Made by a program: the position numbers and the translations under genes. Under the pieces are notes generated by a model. That model made no database searches, was not told the origin of the DNA, and saw only the letters and a list, made by a program, of their open reading frames with translations. From assembly GCA_025558095.1 (NCBI GenBank), contig JAIVFI010000023.1, forward strand, positions 186,001-250,000: a DNA stretch of 64,000 nt. Direction: 5' to 3'. Every line of letters begins with the position of its first letter. The first letter of the stretch is position 1. Shown one piece after another: positions 46,497 to 62,500 of the stretch. This DNA is from Hyaloraphidium curvatum SAG 235-1 (taxonomy: Eukaryota > Fungi > Monoblepharomycota).

Positions 46497-47821
46497 CTAG
46501 AGGCCGAAGACGAAGAACGAGGCAACGGCCAGGAGCACGGCAAGAGCGAAAGCCGGAGCCGCGCGCACGTTGGCGCTCGAGGGGGCAGCGGGCTTGCTCG
46601 TCGTGGTGGTCGTGGTGGTCGGAGCAGGGGCCGCCGTCGAGGAGCGGGAAGCGGCCGCGGTCGAGGTGGCGGCGGGAGCGGCGCTGGTGGCCGGCGCCGG
46701 GGGAAGAACGGGGCCGGAGCCACCCGAGCAGCCTGGCAAGGAGCCATTGTCAGCGCCCATGCTCTTCGCTCGTTCTTGCCCCGGCTAGACTCACTGTCAC
46801 GGTAGGGCTTGGGGTCGTCGAAGCACTTGCCCATGTCCACGGCCTCGTACTTGCGCTCGGCGATCATGCCGAAGATGTCGGGGATGGTGAGGGCGGTGCA
46901 CTGGTAGAGGTCGTGGGCGAGGATGATCCACTTGCCCCAGCCGGCGGGCAGCGACCAGAGAGCGCGGCGGACGATGTTGCTGATCTGGCTGCACGACTGG
47001 ATGTTGCCGTTGTAGGTCGCGTTCCAGTCGAGGGTGTCGACGTTCCAGCGGATGGGGACGTAACCCATGCCCTTGACGACGGCGTCCACGCGGGCGTCAA
47101 CCTGGCCATCGGGGAGCATGATGTCTGCGAGGCCAAGACAACAGTCAGCATGCGGCATGCACCGAAGCAACGGGTGGTAACGTACACTTGGGCACGCGGT
47201 TCGTGAGCTGCTGGATCCTCTGGCACTCGTTGGTGAGCTGGGCAGTGAGCTCGGAGTCGCTGAGGTCCATGGGGTTGACGTTGGTGGCGAGCCCTGTGAA
47301 TCGGTCAGCAGATGCCGCGCCATGCGGGGAAACGATCCGTGAACTCACTCTGGCCGATGAAGTAGCCCTTTTGGGCGGCGACTTGCAGCGGAACGGAGTT
47401 GGCGATGTCGTTCAGGAAGGTGGCGATCGGGAAGAAGTTGACGCTGACGTTCAGGCCGTCAAGCTGCTGCAGAATCGTGGTGGTGTACGGCCTATGCACG
47501 GGCAAGATGCAATCAGCGCTGTATGCGAAATCGGTGCATGTTGCACCCACGAGGGACCCTCCGCGAAGGCGACGGCGACCTGCCCCTGGCTGTTGCACCA
47601 CTGGGGGTAGTCGTTCTGCGGGCTGTTGGGCAGGGGCGCCCGCAGCTTGCGGACCTGCAGCTTCTCGGCGCCGCCAAAGAACATGAAGGCAAACACGCCT
47701 GCGATGCGAAGTCGGCGTGAGTGGCACAGTTGCTTGGACACCCCCGCGGGGTCGGAGTGCCCGGGCCGAACCCACCAACGAAGGCGAAGAAGATGACCGT
47801 GCCGCGGAAAGTGTTGATCAT
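46497..47821 (-). CDS. Secreted, probably GPI-anchored NodB/CE4 polysaccharide-deacetylase homologue, catalytically degenerate
   Basis: Hydrophobic N-terminus, C..QGQVAVAFAEGP, WNVDTLDW, IILAHD, DMGKCFDDPKPYR, Ser/Thr/Ala stalk and hydrophobic C-terminus. Confidence 0.8.
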
Positions 47822-48224
47822 CTTTGGTATCGGCAGGCGGAGACGGGGCTGCGCGGCGCAACAGCGGTGTTTGACGGGTGCGATGCGTGCGGGAAGGGGA
47901 TCAGCAACAAACAGTGCGAAGTGCGCGGCGCGGCGCGGCGCCTCCGCGGCGCGGGCACTGCGGCGCAGCGTTGCGCGCGGCGCCGGTCCCCGCGGCGCGG
48001 CCGGCGGGGCGCGGGGGCCGCGGCGGCCGCCCGTCGGGTGGTCCAAACAACGGGTGTCCGAGCGCGCGCCGCGCCGCCGGCCCGCGCCGTGCGGGCGGAC
48101 ACTCACGTATTCGATGTCGACGCCGGTGAGAGTGCGCTGATGGCGGCCGCTGGAGCTGGCGGGTCCGCGGGTCGGCGTGTGATGTGTTGTGATTCGAGGA
48201 TGCGGTGTTGTTTGATCGTGTGAA

Positions 48225-48234
48225 CTTCTTATAG
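48225..48234 (-). promoter_or_regulatory. TATA-like box upstream of the NodB-like gene
   Basis: CTATAAGAAG on the minus strand, followed by a probable 5'-UTR intron (GTGAGT near 48105 to GCGCAG near 47850). Confidence 0.4.
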
Positions 48235-48335
48235 CGGCCCGAGCGCCAGCCAGCCAGCCCCCGGGCGTAAGGGACCTACCAACTCCGCCGCCCACAAACA
48301 GGAAACAACGCCTCAGCTCACGCGGCTCTACTCTA

Positions 48336-51353
<3,018 letters not shown>

Positions 51354-51371
51354 TCATCACACCAACACGGA

Positions 51372-52614
51372 ATGCCGTTCGGACAGGTAGGACGGCCGTT
51401 CTACAGGCATGCATGCGCTCGACCGTGCTTTCCAGGTCATCATAGGTCCTCCGGGATCGGGGAAGACGACCTACTGTCATGGAATGTCGCAGTTCCTTCA
51501 GCTGACAGGACGGTGCGTCTCTGGCACCGGTTTCAGCCTCTGTCGCAGTTGACTGGTCCGACAGCCAGGTTGCTATCGTGAATCTGGATCCTGCCAACGA
51601 TAACGTGCCGTTGGTTCGAGCTCTGGCGCGCTGGACGTTCGCCGCAGGCTGATGTGGCCACTCGAAGCTACACTGCGGACGTCGACGTCTCTGAGCTCGT
51701 GACGGTGGAGGCAGTGATGGAGGAGTTCGATTTAGGACCCAACGGTGCCATGATTTACTGCATGGAGTATCTGGAGCAGAACCTGGACTGGCTGGGCGAG
51801 AAGCTGGCTCCGTTGCAAGGCTCGTCGCGCCCCGCTGGCGCCCTGGCAATCGGCCTCACGTCTAAGCGGCTGCCAGAAAAGTATCTTTTGTTCGACTGCC
51901 CGGGTCAAGTCGAGCTCTATACCCACCACAACTCGTTGCGGACTGTGATTGAGACGCTCTTGAAGCGTGACTTTCGGGTACGACTTGTCAGTTTCTGGGA
52001 CCTTCCGTCCGCCCTTCTTACCACGACCAAGTTATGCGCAGTGTCATTGGTCGACGCACATCACTGCACGGATCCGGCAAAGTACATCTCCGTTCTCCTT
52101 CTCTCGCTGCAGTCTATGATCCACCTCGAGATGCCGCACGTGAACGTGCTGTCCAAGGTGGACCTCATGGAGTCGTATGGGAAGCTTGGTCCGTGCCGGT
52201 CATTCGCTGAGTGGATTGGCGAGCTCAATGTCACGTCCAGCGTTCAACCTGGAGTACTACACCGAAGTGCAGGACCTCCAACACCTCCTTCCGCTCCTCA
52301 ACGAGGCCTCCTTCACGGGCAGATTCCACAAGCTGAACGAGGCCCTGGTTGAAATGATCGAATCGTTCAACCTCGTCGCCTTCTATACCCTGCAGATCGA
52401 GGACCGATTGTCTGTGTTGAATCTGGCCCGGGCGATAGACAAGGCCAACGGCTACATTTTCGGGGGTCTGGACGAGGCCAACGAGAGCATTTTCGCCACA
52501 GGCATTCGGCCGGGCGCCTTAGATGACGTCTCGAGGGTCCAGGACGTTTACCTTTCCCGGCAAGATGACGACGACGACGCAATATCCACAAACGGATCCG
52601 ATGTGGTCCCATGA
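51372..52614 (+). CDS. GPN2: GPN-loop GTPase 2
   Basis: [44 protein letters not shown] and [10 protein letters not shown]. Confidence 0.95.
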
Positions 52615-52682
52615 CCCAGGAAGTGAGTACATTCCATACCTCCCCAACCATGTACATAAGAGGGAAACACGACGGAGATTCG

Positions 52683-53530
52683 TCAAATCGAGGTCGGTAA
52701 AACAGTCCGACCGCCGCCAAACATCCACGAGCACATGCTGATGAAACGTTGAGTCCCGCCAGGGAAATAGCTGAAATTGTACTGCAGCCGCGCGTCAGCC
52801 TTGAAGCGGAAGCACGGACGCAGGCACCGACCCAGAGAAGCGCTCCAATCTGTACCACGATAAAGACGATGGAGAAGATGTAGCTGTGCGCGAAGATGCT
52901 AAAGTACAGGGTCCCGATCAGGCTCCCGAAGTACAGGAGAGAGAAAGGCAAGCGTTCGTAGGAGAAGATGTGCTTCAGGTGCGTCATGGGACCCCGCAGC
53001 ATGGCATAGCTGCTCATTAGCAGGAAGGAGCCCAGAGTGAAGGTGGCCGCGAAGCGCTGAGGCGACAGCACGACGAGAGGGAGCGTAAACAGAGCCTGGA
53101 AGGACGGTGAGCTGACTCCGAGCTGCGAGTGAAACCACTCACGATCATGAGGCAGAAGACGCCTGCGACCGTGCAGAGCCCGAAAGCAACGAAGCGCTGG
53201 AATCGTGAGAGGCCCCACGCGTCTGATAGCCCAATCCAATGAATGCGGCCGAGACAATGTAGAGAGCCAGGGATTAGACTTGAGAACGGAGAACCGGGGC
53301 CTTCAGCTGTGCCTCCCACCAGCGTCGTTATCCTCCCGCCGCGTCGTGAGCCCCGCGCTCTGGAGCGTGCTCTGTGCCCCACTGAGGAGGCCCTGCAGGC
53401 TGTCCTGCGTCGTCTCCCCGGCGCCGCGGAAGAAGTCCCCGATCTTTGCCAAGCCCCCCGTCACGCCGCCGCCCGACTGCGCGGACGAGAAGCCGCGCAG
53501 CGATTCGCGGAACGACGCCTCGCCCTCCAT
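52683..53530 (-). CDS. SFT2: Golgi tetraspan protein Sft2
   Basis: GLSRFQRFVAFGLC, PQRFAATFTLGS, GPMTHLKHIFSYERLPF and YNFSYFPGG. Confidence 0.9.
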
Positions 53531-53631
53531 TGGTGCTAAATGGTCCCGGCGCGCGGGCAAGCGTTGCGTGGCCCCTGGGCGCTCATCACGCGCGCACATC
53601 CGCGCCAACGTCGACACCAGAGCAGTCGAAA

Positions 53632-54041
53632 ATGGTGCGACGGCCGTGCAGCCGACGTGCGCCGCGTGCTCAGTGATGCTTTCTCTGCAGGCGGACAACG
53701 CGCGGCCAGCGTCGCCGCCGGCGGGTTCCAGGGCAGTGAGGCGAGTAGACAGCGCTTGCACGTCGCGCACGCGGCAGGAGCTCATGCGGACCGGACTGCA
53801 GGCGGAGACCGGCACCGAAAGCCGCGGGACCTATGCTGGCCGGACGCGGTGGGCAGGGAGCGGGCATCTTCCGCGACGACTCCCCGGGGATCAAAGTGTG
53901 AGGGTCGCCTCGCGCCCAGTCACAGGAGGGCAACGCTGACGGTTGTTCGACACCAGAGACCCCATCGTGGTTCTCGTCTTCAGTCTCGTCTTCATCGCTT
54001 CCGTCTTTGTCCTGCACATAGTCGGCAGAATGTTGAAGTAG
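53632..54041 (+). CDS. SEC61B: Sec61 translocon beta subunit (not in the ORF track)
   Basis: Spliced product M-ADNARPASPPAGSRAVRRRPAPKAAG...[35 protein letters not shown]; ATG-only first exon and one GC-AG intron. Confidence 0.88.
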
Positions 54042-54193
54042 AGGAGACGATTCGCCGCCACCGTTGAAGGGCCATGGTGTTCGGTCGAGGAGCGTGACAA
54101 AGGGTTAATTCACATTCAGACATGTCCAGCAGATCGGGTATCTAGGGTTGTGTGCTCTAGGGACGGTCCACGGTCGCCGGTCGAAGGCCGACT

Positions 54194-56315
54194 TCACAGC
54201 TCCTCCACGAGCGACTTGCTCTTGATGCCGTCTAAGACAAAGGTATTGTTGAGGGGCACATACTGGTGCGTAATGATCTTGATGATTTCCTGGCTCACGA
54301 CCCCACCCATGAACGCTGCGATGTTGTGGAGTTCGGAGGCGCCGGCACGAACGCTGCGGTACAGTCAGCCTTGCCCCACACGATGACGATCCTCACACAC
54401 CATTCGTGAATGTAGTCGTCCGAGATGGCGGCCGCCGAAATCCCCATCTGCTGGGCTGCCGCGACAACCTCCTTTTTGAGCAGCGAGATGTCCGCATCCA
54501 CGTCCTCGTTGTAAATACCTGCCAGAAACGGTTCAGATGACACACCAGCGACAGACGCAGCCGCGGCACGCACCGGGATACCGTTTGTGCGTCTGGTAGA
54601 ACAAGTCGACGGCCCGAAGCAGAGCGTACCAAATCAGGGGGCTTTCGGGATCGCTCAGCTGCGACTCGATCGTCGAGCTCCGAGGGTCGGTCCCGTACTC
54701 GCTCGCCAGCGAACGGTAGCGGATGACCTTGAGGAACGCGCTGTTCTTGCAGAAACGCTCGATCTCGTCCACAGGAACAGCGTCCACGGGCCGTCCGATC
54801 TCCTGGAGCAGCTGCTGCACGCGGCTGACCACACGCTCCGTATCCTCGCGCGCCTTCTGACGGTAGCTGCGGCACGTGAGACCCAGGTTCGAAAGCGAGC
54901 TACCGTGCACCTACATGGTCTGCATCGCGACGTACTTGGCAGTGTCCGCCTTCATGTCCGGCACGACGCCCGGTAGCGGCAGCAGCCCAGCCCCTTCATT
55001 CGCGACGAAGTCCCGCACGGCACGCGCGATGATCCAGAAGTTCGGAGTCTTGGCCATGACCATCAGCGCGCGACGAACGGGAAGCAATCTCGCTGTGGAC
55101 TGACCTGCGGTCCGATCTGGTCACAGGCGGGATCCTTCAGGATCTGCAGCACCGATCCCGGGATGGTGGTTTCCTTGCACGCCCTGAACGATGCCGCGAG
55201 CGCCTCCTCGAAGTTTTCCTCGTCCGGCTCGAGCATGTAGCTCCGAATCAGTTCCTTGAACTGGTTGCGCTCGGCAGACGAGGCAGGAAGCTTTCCTTCG
55301 TGCTGCGAACACCGTAAGCGCTCGGGAGCCGTTGACGGCCGTGGTGGTGCCCACCGCGCTTCGCCACTCCTGCAAGCACTTGATCAGGATCACGGGGAAC
55401 GGAGTATGGGTGTGATCCTTGCTGTCCATGCTCTTGAAGTCGAACTGGTCCACGAAGGCCGCCAGAGCCAGGAACGGACAATCCAAGCGCAGATCCACAA
55501 CGCTATCCGGATGCGGTTCAGGAACTGTGGAAGCGAGCGGTGAGTGCCCAGGGAGTAGGCGTCAGGCACGGTGTGTCACCCACCAACGTGCTCTGGAATA
55601 GCGATCCTGCAGTAACCGACGAAACCGTACGATCGCGCGACAACCAGGGGTATGTGAGCGTCCCAGAGCGTCGCGGCGAGCTTCAGGAGAGGTTGCTGGG
55701 GCAGATCGGTCGCGATGACCAGCGTGAACTGAAGAAAGTAGTCGGGCTTCTGCTCAATCAGGTCCACCGGGTCCTGCAATCGGCTTGTCAGGGGGTGACG
55801 CGCGAGGCCTGCCTGTCCTGACACGTGCCTCTTCGCAGAAAAAGCCCTCCACTTCGCTGTTCATCTCGCACAGGAGCTCCGTCACGCACTTCGAACGCGA
55901 CTTTCCCACGCATTCCGGCGTCAGGAAAAAGTTGTTGCCGACGTCCGCGGGAGTCACGCGAGCGCCATCAAGCACCGTGAAGGCGCCGATTCCTATAGCA
56001 TGGGTGCGGCTGTCAGGCCCGCGCGCCGGTGGGCTCCCCAGGATGTCTGACCCGGCAAAACGAGATTCTTCAGCGTTTCCGTCCCAGTCGCGGTCCCATG
56101 AATAAGGCAGACTTTGGCAGCTTCGAGATTGGCCTGGCCGTGGGCCTGCCACAGCCTGGGGACACGGGGATGGACGCCAGCAGTGAGCGGGACGAAGGAA
56201 CCCGAGCAGGGACACCCACCGAAGTTGCCGGTCGTACCGCTGCGTCTGCACGCGTCGATGCCTTCAGACACGGTCGTGAATGGCGCATCGTGTGTCTAGT
56301 CACCTTCTTGTCCAT
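54194..56315 (-). CDS. ULA1: NEDD8-activating enzyme regulatory subunit (Ula1/NAE1/APPBP1)
   Basis: [52 protein letters not shown] and [27 protein letters not shown]. Confidence 0.96.
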
Positions 56316-56447
56316 CTGGACGCGCTTCGTCAGATCGAGGGTGTGGACTGGAAAAGGTGCGCACAGAAGACGCCGCCTCAAATGCCCCGGCGGGGCCCGC
56401 CATCAACATTAAGGGTATTGCAAGAAACGTAGAGTAACAGATGTAGT

Positions 56448-57688
56448 CTAGAGATGGAAAATCTCACGCAGGCCTGCCATGGTCTCGTCTGGGTTCTTGA
56501 TCGGGTGGCCAGTCACCCTTGGGTCGAAGCAGATCTCGTAGTCGTTGCCACCCTGGAAGCGGCACCGATCGGCAACCGTCAGCCACTACGGGCTTGGGCA
56601 GCCACGCGCAACATTACCGGGAAAGCCTTGTCGCCAAAGAAGTGGATCGTCTTAAAACCCTCCTTCTCCACGTGGCGGAGGCAGAACGTCTTGTCCCAGC
56701 CGGTGGGAAAGACGTCAAACGAGATCTGACCGCCTGGAAAAAGGTGACGAAGTAAGCTCAAGCCCGTCAGTTGTCTGGCGGCGTCACGTGCCGATCGAGT
56801 ATGTGAGGCCGTAGTCGGGGAACTTGTTCTTCAGCGCGTCGACAAAGGTATGCCGGATCTTGTGCTGCAGATCAAACTTTTCGTACTCGTTGCGCTCCTC
56901 GATGCTGCCCAGAACGCCTCGCCTTTAGCCTTGAAGCCAAAAACATCACAGATGCCACCCACGAAGCGTTGCGTCCAATGGGTGACACGTTGATCATGCC
57001 GTTCCGAAACTCGACGAACGTGCCCCTATAGGTGCGAAGACGTCCATCAGCGTGACCAAAAGGCTGTTCATCGCCTGCCGGACCTCTTTTTGGGGAGGTC
57101 GAGATCCGCGATGTAGTGGAGACAGAAATTGACCAGTGTCTTGTACTTTTCCTCCCCCATCCAGTTGATGAAGCTCTGCAGACGTGTGAATCGTTGCGGA
57201 TATAGTCCATTTGGAACGAGCGATCGAATGAATGGTGCGGTCGGGCCTTGTTTGGCAGGTCCCACCTCCGAGGGCAGCTTCACGCCCTTCCGATAGGCCG
57301 TAAGTCCGTTCTCCGCGAAGCAGAAATCAAAGTCTTCCTTGACTGCGAGACGTGCGGGTGCTGAGCGGCGCGAATACTGAGGAAACCACGGGTCGGGACG
57401 CACTGGTGGGACCAAGCTGCTCCTCCTGCTTGACGAGGTCCGATCCCCCAACGAATCCAATGACTGCCCTTTTCCGCACCTCCTTCAGCAGCGCCAGCAT
57501 CTCCGGCGACGCAGTCTGTCACGGACGGGTCGCACACGGGGTCGCCTGAGTCCGGCGTCCACGCGCCGCGCTGACGGACCTACTTGGCGTGCAGGGCTCA
57601 AGGTACCGTCCACGTCGAAAAGAACGAGAACATCGGGATGTTCTCTGTCGGCCCAATCGGGATTCGGGGGCGCAACGCCGTCAACCAT
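56448..57688 (-). CDS. SEC53: Phosphomannomutase (HAD-IIB)
   Basis: [53 protein letters not shown] and HFFGDK. Confidence 0.97.
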
Positions 57689-57801
57689 GTTGTGCTTGGG
57701 AAGTTCTACTCCGGTCGAGGGCGGGCGGGCAAACAAACCATCAACGGACGTGACCCCTTGTAGTTCCCCGCTTTGCCCGGCGAAGGAGGCGGAACGCAGC
57801 G

Positions 57802-58500
57802 ATGGTGCGCATCGTGGCTGTTTCGGGAGATTTGCCTCGACAGTCTCCTGACTTCCACCCCCCCCCCGCGATTCCTCCTTCCCTCTGGGCGGCGCTTGCG
57901 CCTCGCTCCGTTCTGTTCTGCCCGCGTGCTTCGGGACCATCCTACTGCGCTGGTTCGATTTGCTGAACAACAGTCGGCACCAAAGATCATCGCACAGCTG
58001 ATCATCATTGGGAGCCAGGTACCTCGCCTCGCTCCGTTGGAGATCCTAGCTCGACGTCTCTAACGTCGTCGCTGCTGCCAAGATTTTCGGGCGCGCTATG
58101 ATGGAGGCTATCAAGGAAGCGCGGGCGGCGTCGGGAAAGGCTGCTGCTGGTCGGGTGGCGGGCGGCGCGGCCGCGGCCAGCTCGTCAGCGGTGACGCGCA
58201 AGCTGAACATGACTGTGGAGGAGGCGGAGAACATTCTCAACGTGCGAAAAGACGCCCCGTTGGAGGAGATCGTGAAGGTGCGGCCCTTTTGGTTCCGTCT
58301 CTGTGAGATCCCCAGCCTGAGCTGTGCTGCACTCCCTGTTGCCTTCGCAGAAGTACCAGGCATTGTTTGAGGCTAACGATCCGAAATCCGGAGGCTCTTT
58401 CTACCTTCAATCGAAGGTGTACCGCGCGAAGGAGCGCCTCGAACTTGAGCTCCAGGAACGGGCGCAGCAGTTGGCGGACGAGGAAAGGAGACAACGATGA
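57802..58500 (+). CDS. PAM16: Mitochondrial import motor J-like protein Pam16/Tim16
   Basis: [29 protein letters not shown] and [26 protein letters not shown]. Confidence 0.95.
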
Positions 58501-58631
58501 TGGGTACCACGCCTTGGAAGGCGGAAACCTGTTTCGAGTGTTGTGCAGCTCGAAAACGCGGCGACAAACGGAGTTTTGTATTGCGCCCGTTCGGCGGGCC
58601 CACCCCGCCCAATAGTTTGGGTATAGAGATC

Positions 58632-59305
58632 TCATTTGAATTGGAGCAAACCCCGTTCCATTTGGACATGCACGTCGACATTGTCGGGGGCCAAATCGGA
58701 GTCTGTCGAAGCGATAAGCAGCGGGCCGCAGAGCCCGAGTTCGCGCGACTCACCGCCGAGAAAGTCCTCAAACTCGATTGTGTCGTCCGACCCGTTCAGA
58801 ATGTCCCTTGACAAATTCGACGACGCCACGAAAGGGTTGAATGCTTTCCCCTGGAGATGACGGCGCTCCATAAGTGGCCTGCAGTTGCGTAGAGCGGGCC
58901 CCGAGCTACCTGCGACACAAGATGCCGCTCCATCTGGATCCGGATCGGAGCATGGATGCCATAGACATCTCTCGCCATCTGCAGCTTCAGCTTATCCTGC
59001 GTTTCCGTCCACTACGCCTCGCGGTGAGCACAGCATACGAGATCCATAGCAGGGGGACCCCACGTGCTTCAGCCTGTTCTCCAGCGGGTGCGCAGGCAAG
59101 ATCTCGCTCCTGACGGTCCTCAGTCCGAAACGTAGCGCATCGTGAACTCCGAGATCGGTGGTTTGCGCTTGCGACTCGCGCGTCTGGGACGACGACGGTG
59201 TCGACAAGGCTGGGGGCACGATGCGGTACGAGGAGGCCTGTCCAGTCCAGGCACGGCATTGGTAAAGACAGTTTCTTTCCGGCGCAAAGGAGTGGCGCGC
59301 ACCAT
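58632..59305 (-). CDS. UMP1: Proteasome maturation factor Ump1/POMP
   Basis: GVHDALRFGL, HPLENRL, YGIHAPIRIQME, SNLSRDILNGSDDTIEFEDFL and DVHVQME. Confidence 0.93.
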
Positions 59306-59597
59306 GGTCAACGGCCGAGCACCGCTGGAGTTCGGGCGGAGACGCGTTGCACGCGCAGCGGGCAGGGTCACGCAACGATCACGCACCAACCGAAGCTCCT
59401 GCGCCGGACGCGTCGGACTGGCGCCGGAAAGCCAGAAAGCAGCTTTTCTTTGATTTTTCTTTTCTCATCATGCCAACGAGGATCGTTCTGCCGCCTTAGG
59501 GGGGGCAGCCAACACTTTCTGAACAGACCCGCGTGCCTCGGCGCCTTGCCCGCCGTGGGCTGGATAGGAGAACCTACTGGGGACAAGTCGCGTGCCG

Positions 59598-62500
59598 ATG
59601 GCGCTGTACGATGCCCCTAGGAGCATGCTTTTTGATTTCCAGCCCATTGACGCTGTGGATGAATCGGAGAGGGTGGGAATCGCACACGCCAGCTCTCTAG
59701 CCCGGTTTCCAACGATCTCCCGTCAGTCCGCCCAAGGATGCTGGCAACAGTTACGGCCCCGTGTATTGGGCAAGCCCGACGGCCTCGTCTCTGGGTCCTT
59801 GGCTCAAATAGTAAGTGGCCTCCGTCTGCCGGGTGGAAAGCCTCTTGACGGGTCATTGGGGAGGAAGGTCGCAGACGTGGGAGGTGCAGAGGCGGGGACA
59901 TGCGGCTTGGTCTATGGAGCCCTGGTGGACAACGATTTGGACGTCCATGTCGTGAGTCTCGCTCGGACGGCAGTGGGAAGCAAATTTGACAGGGACTACA
60001 GGCTCTCAATTGGGCCTCTTTGGTCGTTCGCGACAACTATCGCTCAATTGTGGACTTTCTGCGCTATCTTCTGTCATCGCGTAGGTTTGACAAGGTTCAT
60101 GTTGATGTCCGGCTCAAGGTGAGCGAAGGGAGGTGAACTGCCGGACCCTGATTGACGTCCCGCGGACTTAGACGCTAGCGGTGTTGAGGTCCATCGTTGG
60201 GCAAGGCATTGCTGGCGCCGATGCTTTGGTAGTCCTGGCGATCCGGCAGGTGCCTGGTCAGATCGTGTTTCTCAATTCTGTGGCGCCGTCCAACGGGTCA
60301 TCCCTCGAACAGCCGGCGATCCCACCGAGTCAAGCGAGATATACGCAGCTGCAACGATCGATTTCCTCCGGGACGTCTTGTAAGAGCGACGTCCGCAGCT
60401 GCGTCTTTCCGTGGGTAACACGGCGTTTCCAGCGCTTTGGCCGACGTAACACCGTACCACGTCACAGTTGTGCCCGTGGCATTCTACGCCGTCGCGAGCA
60501 TGGCCAAGGATCACGTGAAGAAGGAGGGTCTCTTGAGGCGGGAAGTTGATTTGCTCAATTTCTTTCTTCAGCGCCACGTAAGTGTTTAGGCCACTTCCTA
60601 CTAGCGTTCGAGAGCCTCACCGTCGCGCGCCAGTTCCAGTTTGTGCGACGCCTGGGACGAGAGCTTCCGCGTCTAGTCCGGGATCTCCAAGGGGTTTCGA
60701 TACCCGAAGCGGCGGATATGTGGCGACGGCTGGCAAGCCCCGAGGATCCGAGTTCCCCTTCGACGGGCCTCGCCGAACTGTTGCGATTGCGGACGTACCG
60801 CGAAGTATACCTTTCCCGGATCAGCCCCGATCTGGAGAGCAAGATCCGCTTCCTGCTCACGCAGGTAGGCCTTTCCCCGCCAGGAATGTTGCGCCTCTGA
60901 CGCGTTCAAGGCCAACATTCGCCTTGCTGAGCCCAAAAGATACAACATTCTATGGTTGCAGCGAAAGTTCTTTCCCTCAGCAGAGCATCGGAATGTCGTC
61001 GTCGATATCGTCAGATACGTTGTCGCAATGTTCCATCCCTCCAACGAGATCCTTCGAGCCGAGGTCGTGCAGCGCTGGCAGCTCATCACGTTTATCGCTC
61101 TGTGCACGGACGACGCCCGCCTCGTTGCGAGCATTCGCAGCGCTCTTCTATGGGACTGGATTGCTTACAACAGGGCTACCGACACCGTCATGCACATAGG
61201 TCAGTTCCGCGACCGAATTAACTGCTGCTGCCTCAGATGGACGCCGTCGCAGAACCCGCGATTCTGATGATGTTCCACAACGCGGCCCAGTACACAAACC
61301 TCCTCGTGCGAGAGGTTGTGTCGCATCTCATTGGGATCGCTTCGCTGGTTCAAGGCAGCAGCACTGAAAGTATTCATCGAGCTTTGCGAGATGTCGTCAG
61401 ATCGGGCGTGCTCAGGTCAGCGGATGTCCCGCACTGTTCGCTGCAACGCTGACAGGTGCCATTGGATGTCGGGCTTGCAGCTTCGACGAGCTTGAATCTC
61501 TCCAAAAGTGTCTATCTGCAAATGAAGCCGACACTTGGGCCGGATGGCTCTCGGCGATGCAGGCTCTGCCAGATGGTGACGGAGTTCCGGACCACGTACT
61601 CAATGGCGATGCGGATATGGATTTGGACGGCCCAATGCAACCGTCCGAGCCGCCAACCAATGCCGAAGAGGCCGACCGAGTTTGGGACGACGCGCTAGTG
61701 AATCTCGCGGAAGCTATGGGCAGTCGCGATGCAGAAGGGAGTCGTCATTTGCTGGAAACCATACTCGGAAACGACCTTTTGGTAAGGGCGTGTGCACATG
61801 CCGGTTGAGACGACCCTCGACAGCTACTTTCCGTAGGGGAACTCGGAAGCTGCACTCAATCAACTGGCCGATCTTATCCATTCGCTCGTGGACGATCAGT
61901 TGGACGATTATGTCACGTCGATGGATACCAGGACGGCTCTGGAGCTCACTTCGTCACCCGCCGGGCTAGTTGTTTCTGCGCTACTCGGGGCAGAGACGCC
62001 AACCCAGAAAGGCAACGCTGCGAGACTATTCCCTGTTTTACGCCAGGAATCTGCGCTAGTTGGTGCAGCAGTTCTGTTGCACTTGACTTTGTAGGTCTTT
62101 GCGATTCTTTGACCGAGTTGGGCTCTCATCCTCGGCCCGAGCCTGCAACCATCTGCGACGGATCTCTGGCGGATGTTTCTGACGTCCATGGCACCGACGG
62201 TCGGCCCCAAAGCCATTTTGGGGGAGCTCGAGGTTGGTGCGTTCGAAACGGATGCACGAATGCGTGCGATCAGCTGTGCTATGTCAGGAGGTACACGAGA
62301 GAAATCTGCAAGCCTTCTACTTGTGCGTCGTGGCTTTGCTGGCGCATGCAAAAGAGCCCGATGTCGCGATGGAGCTTCGAGGAGAGGCATTGGTGCACCG
62401 CCTGGTTTCCCTCATCGATCCGAAGACAGTAGGTTCTTTCTGATGGGTGCGACACCTCGCGCTTACCGCCGCCGGACCTCCAAGTTGCATTACTTGTTCT

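Noticed and set aside
47920-48090. Extremely GC-rich, self-complementary stretch as a structured ncRNA
   Set aside because: It lies within a probable 5'-UTR intron, pairing is expected from composition alone, and no known RNA motif was recognised.
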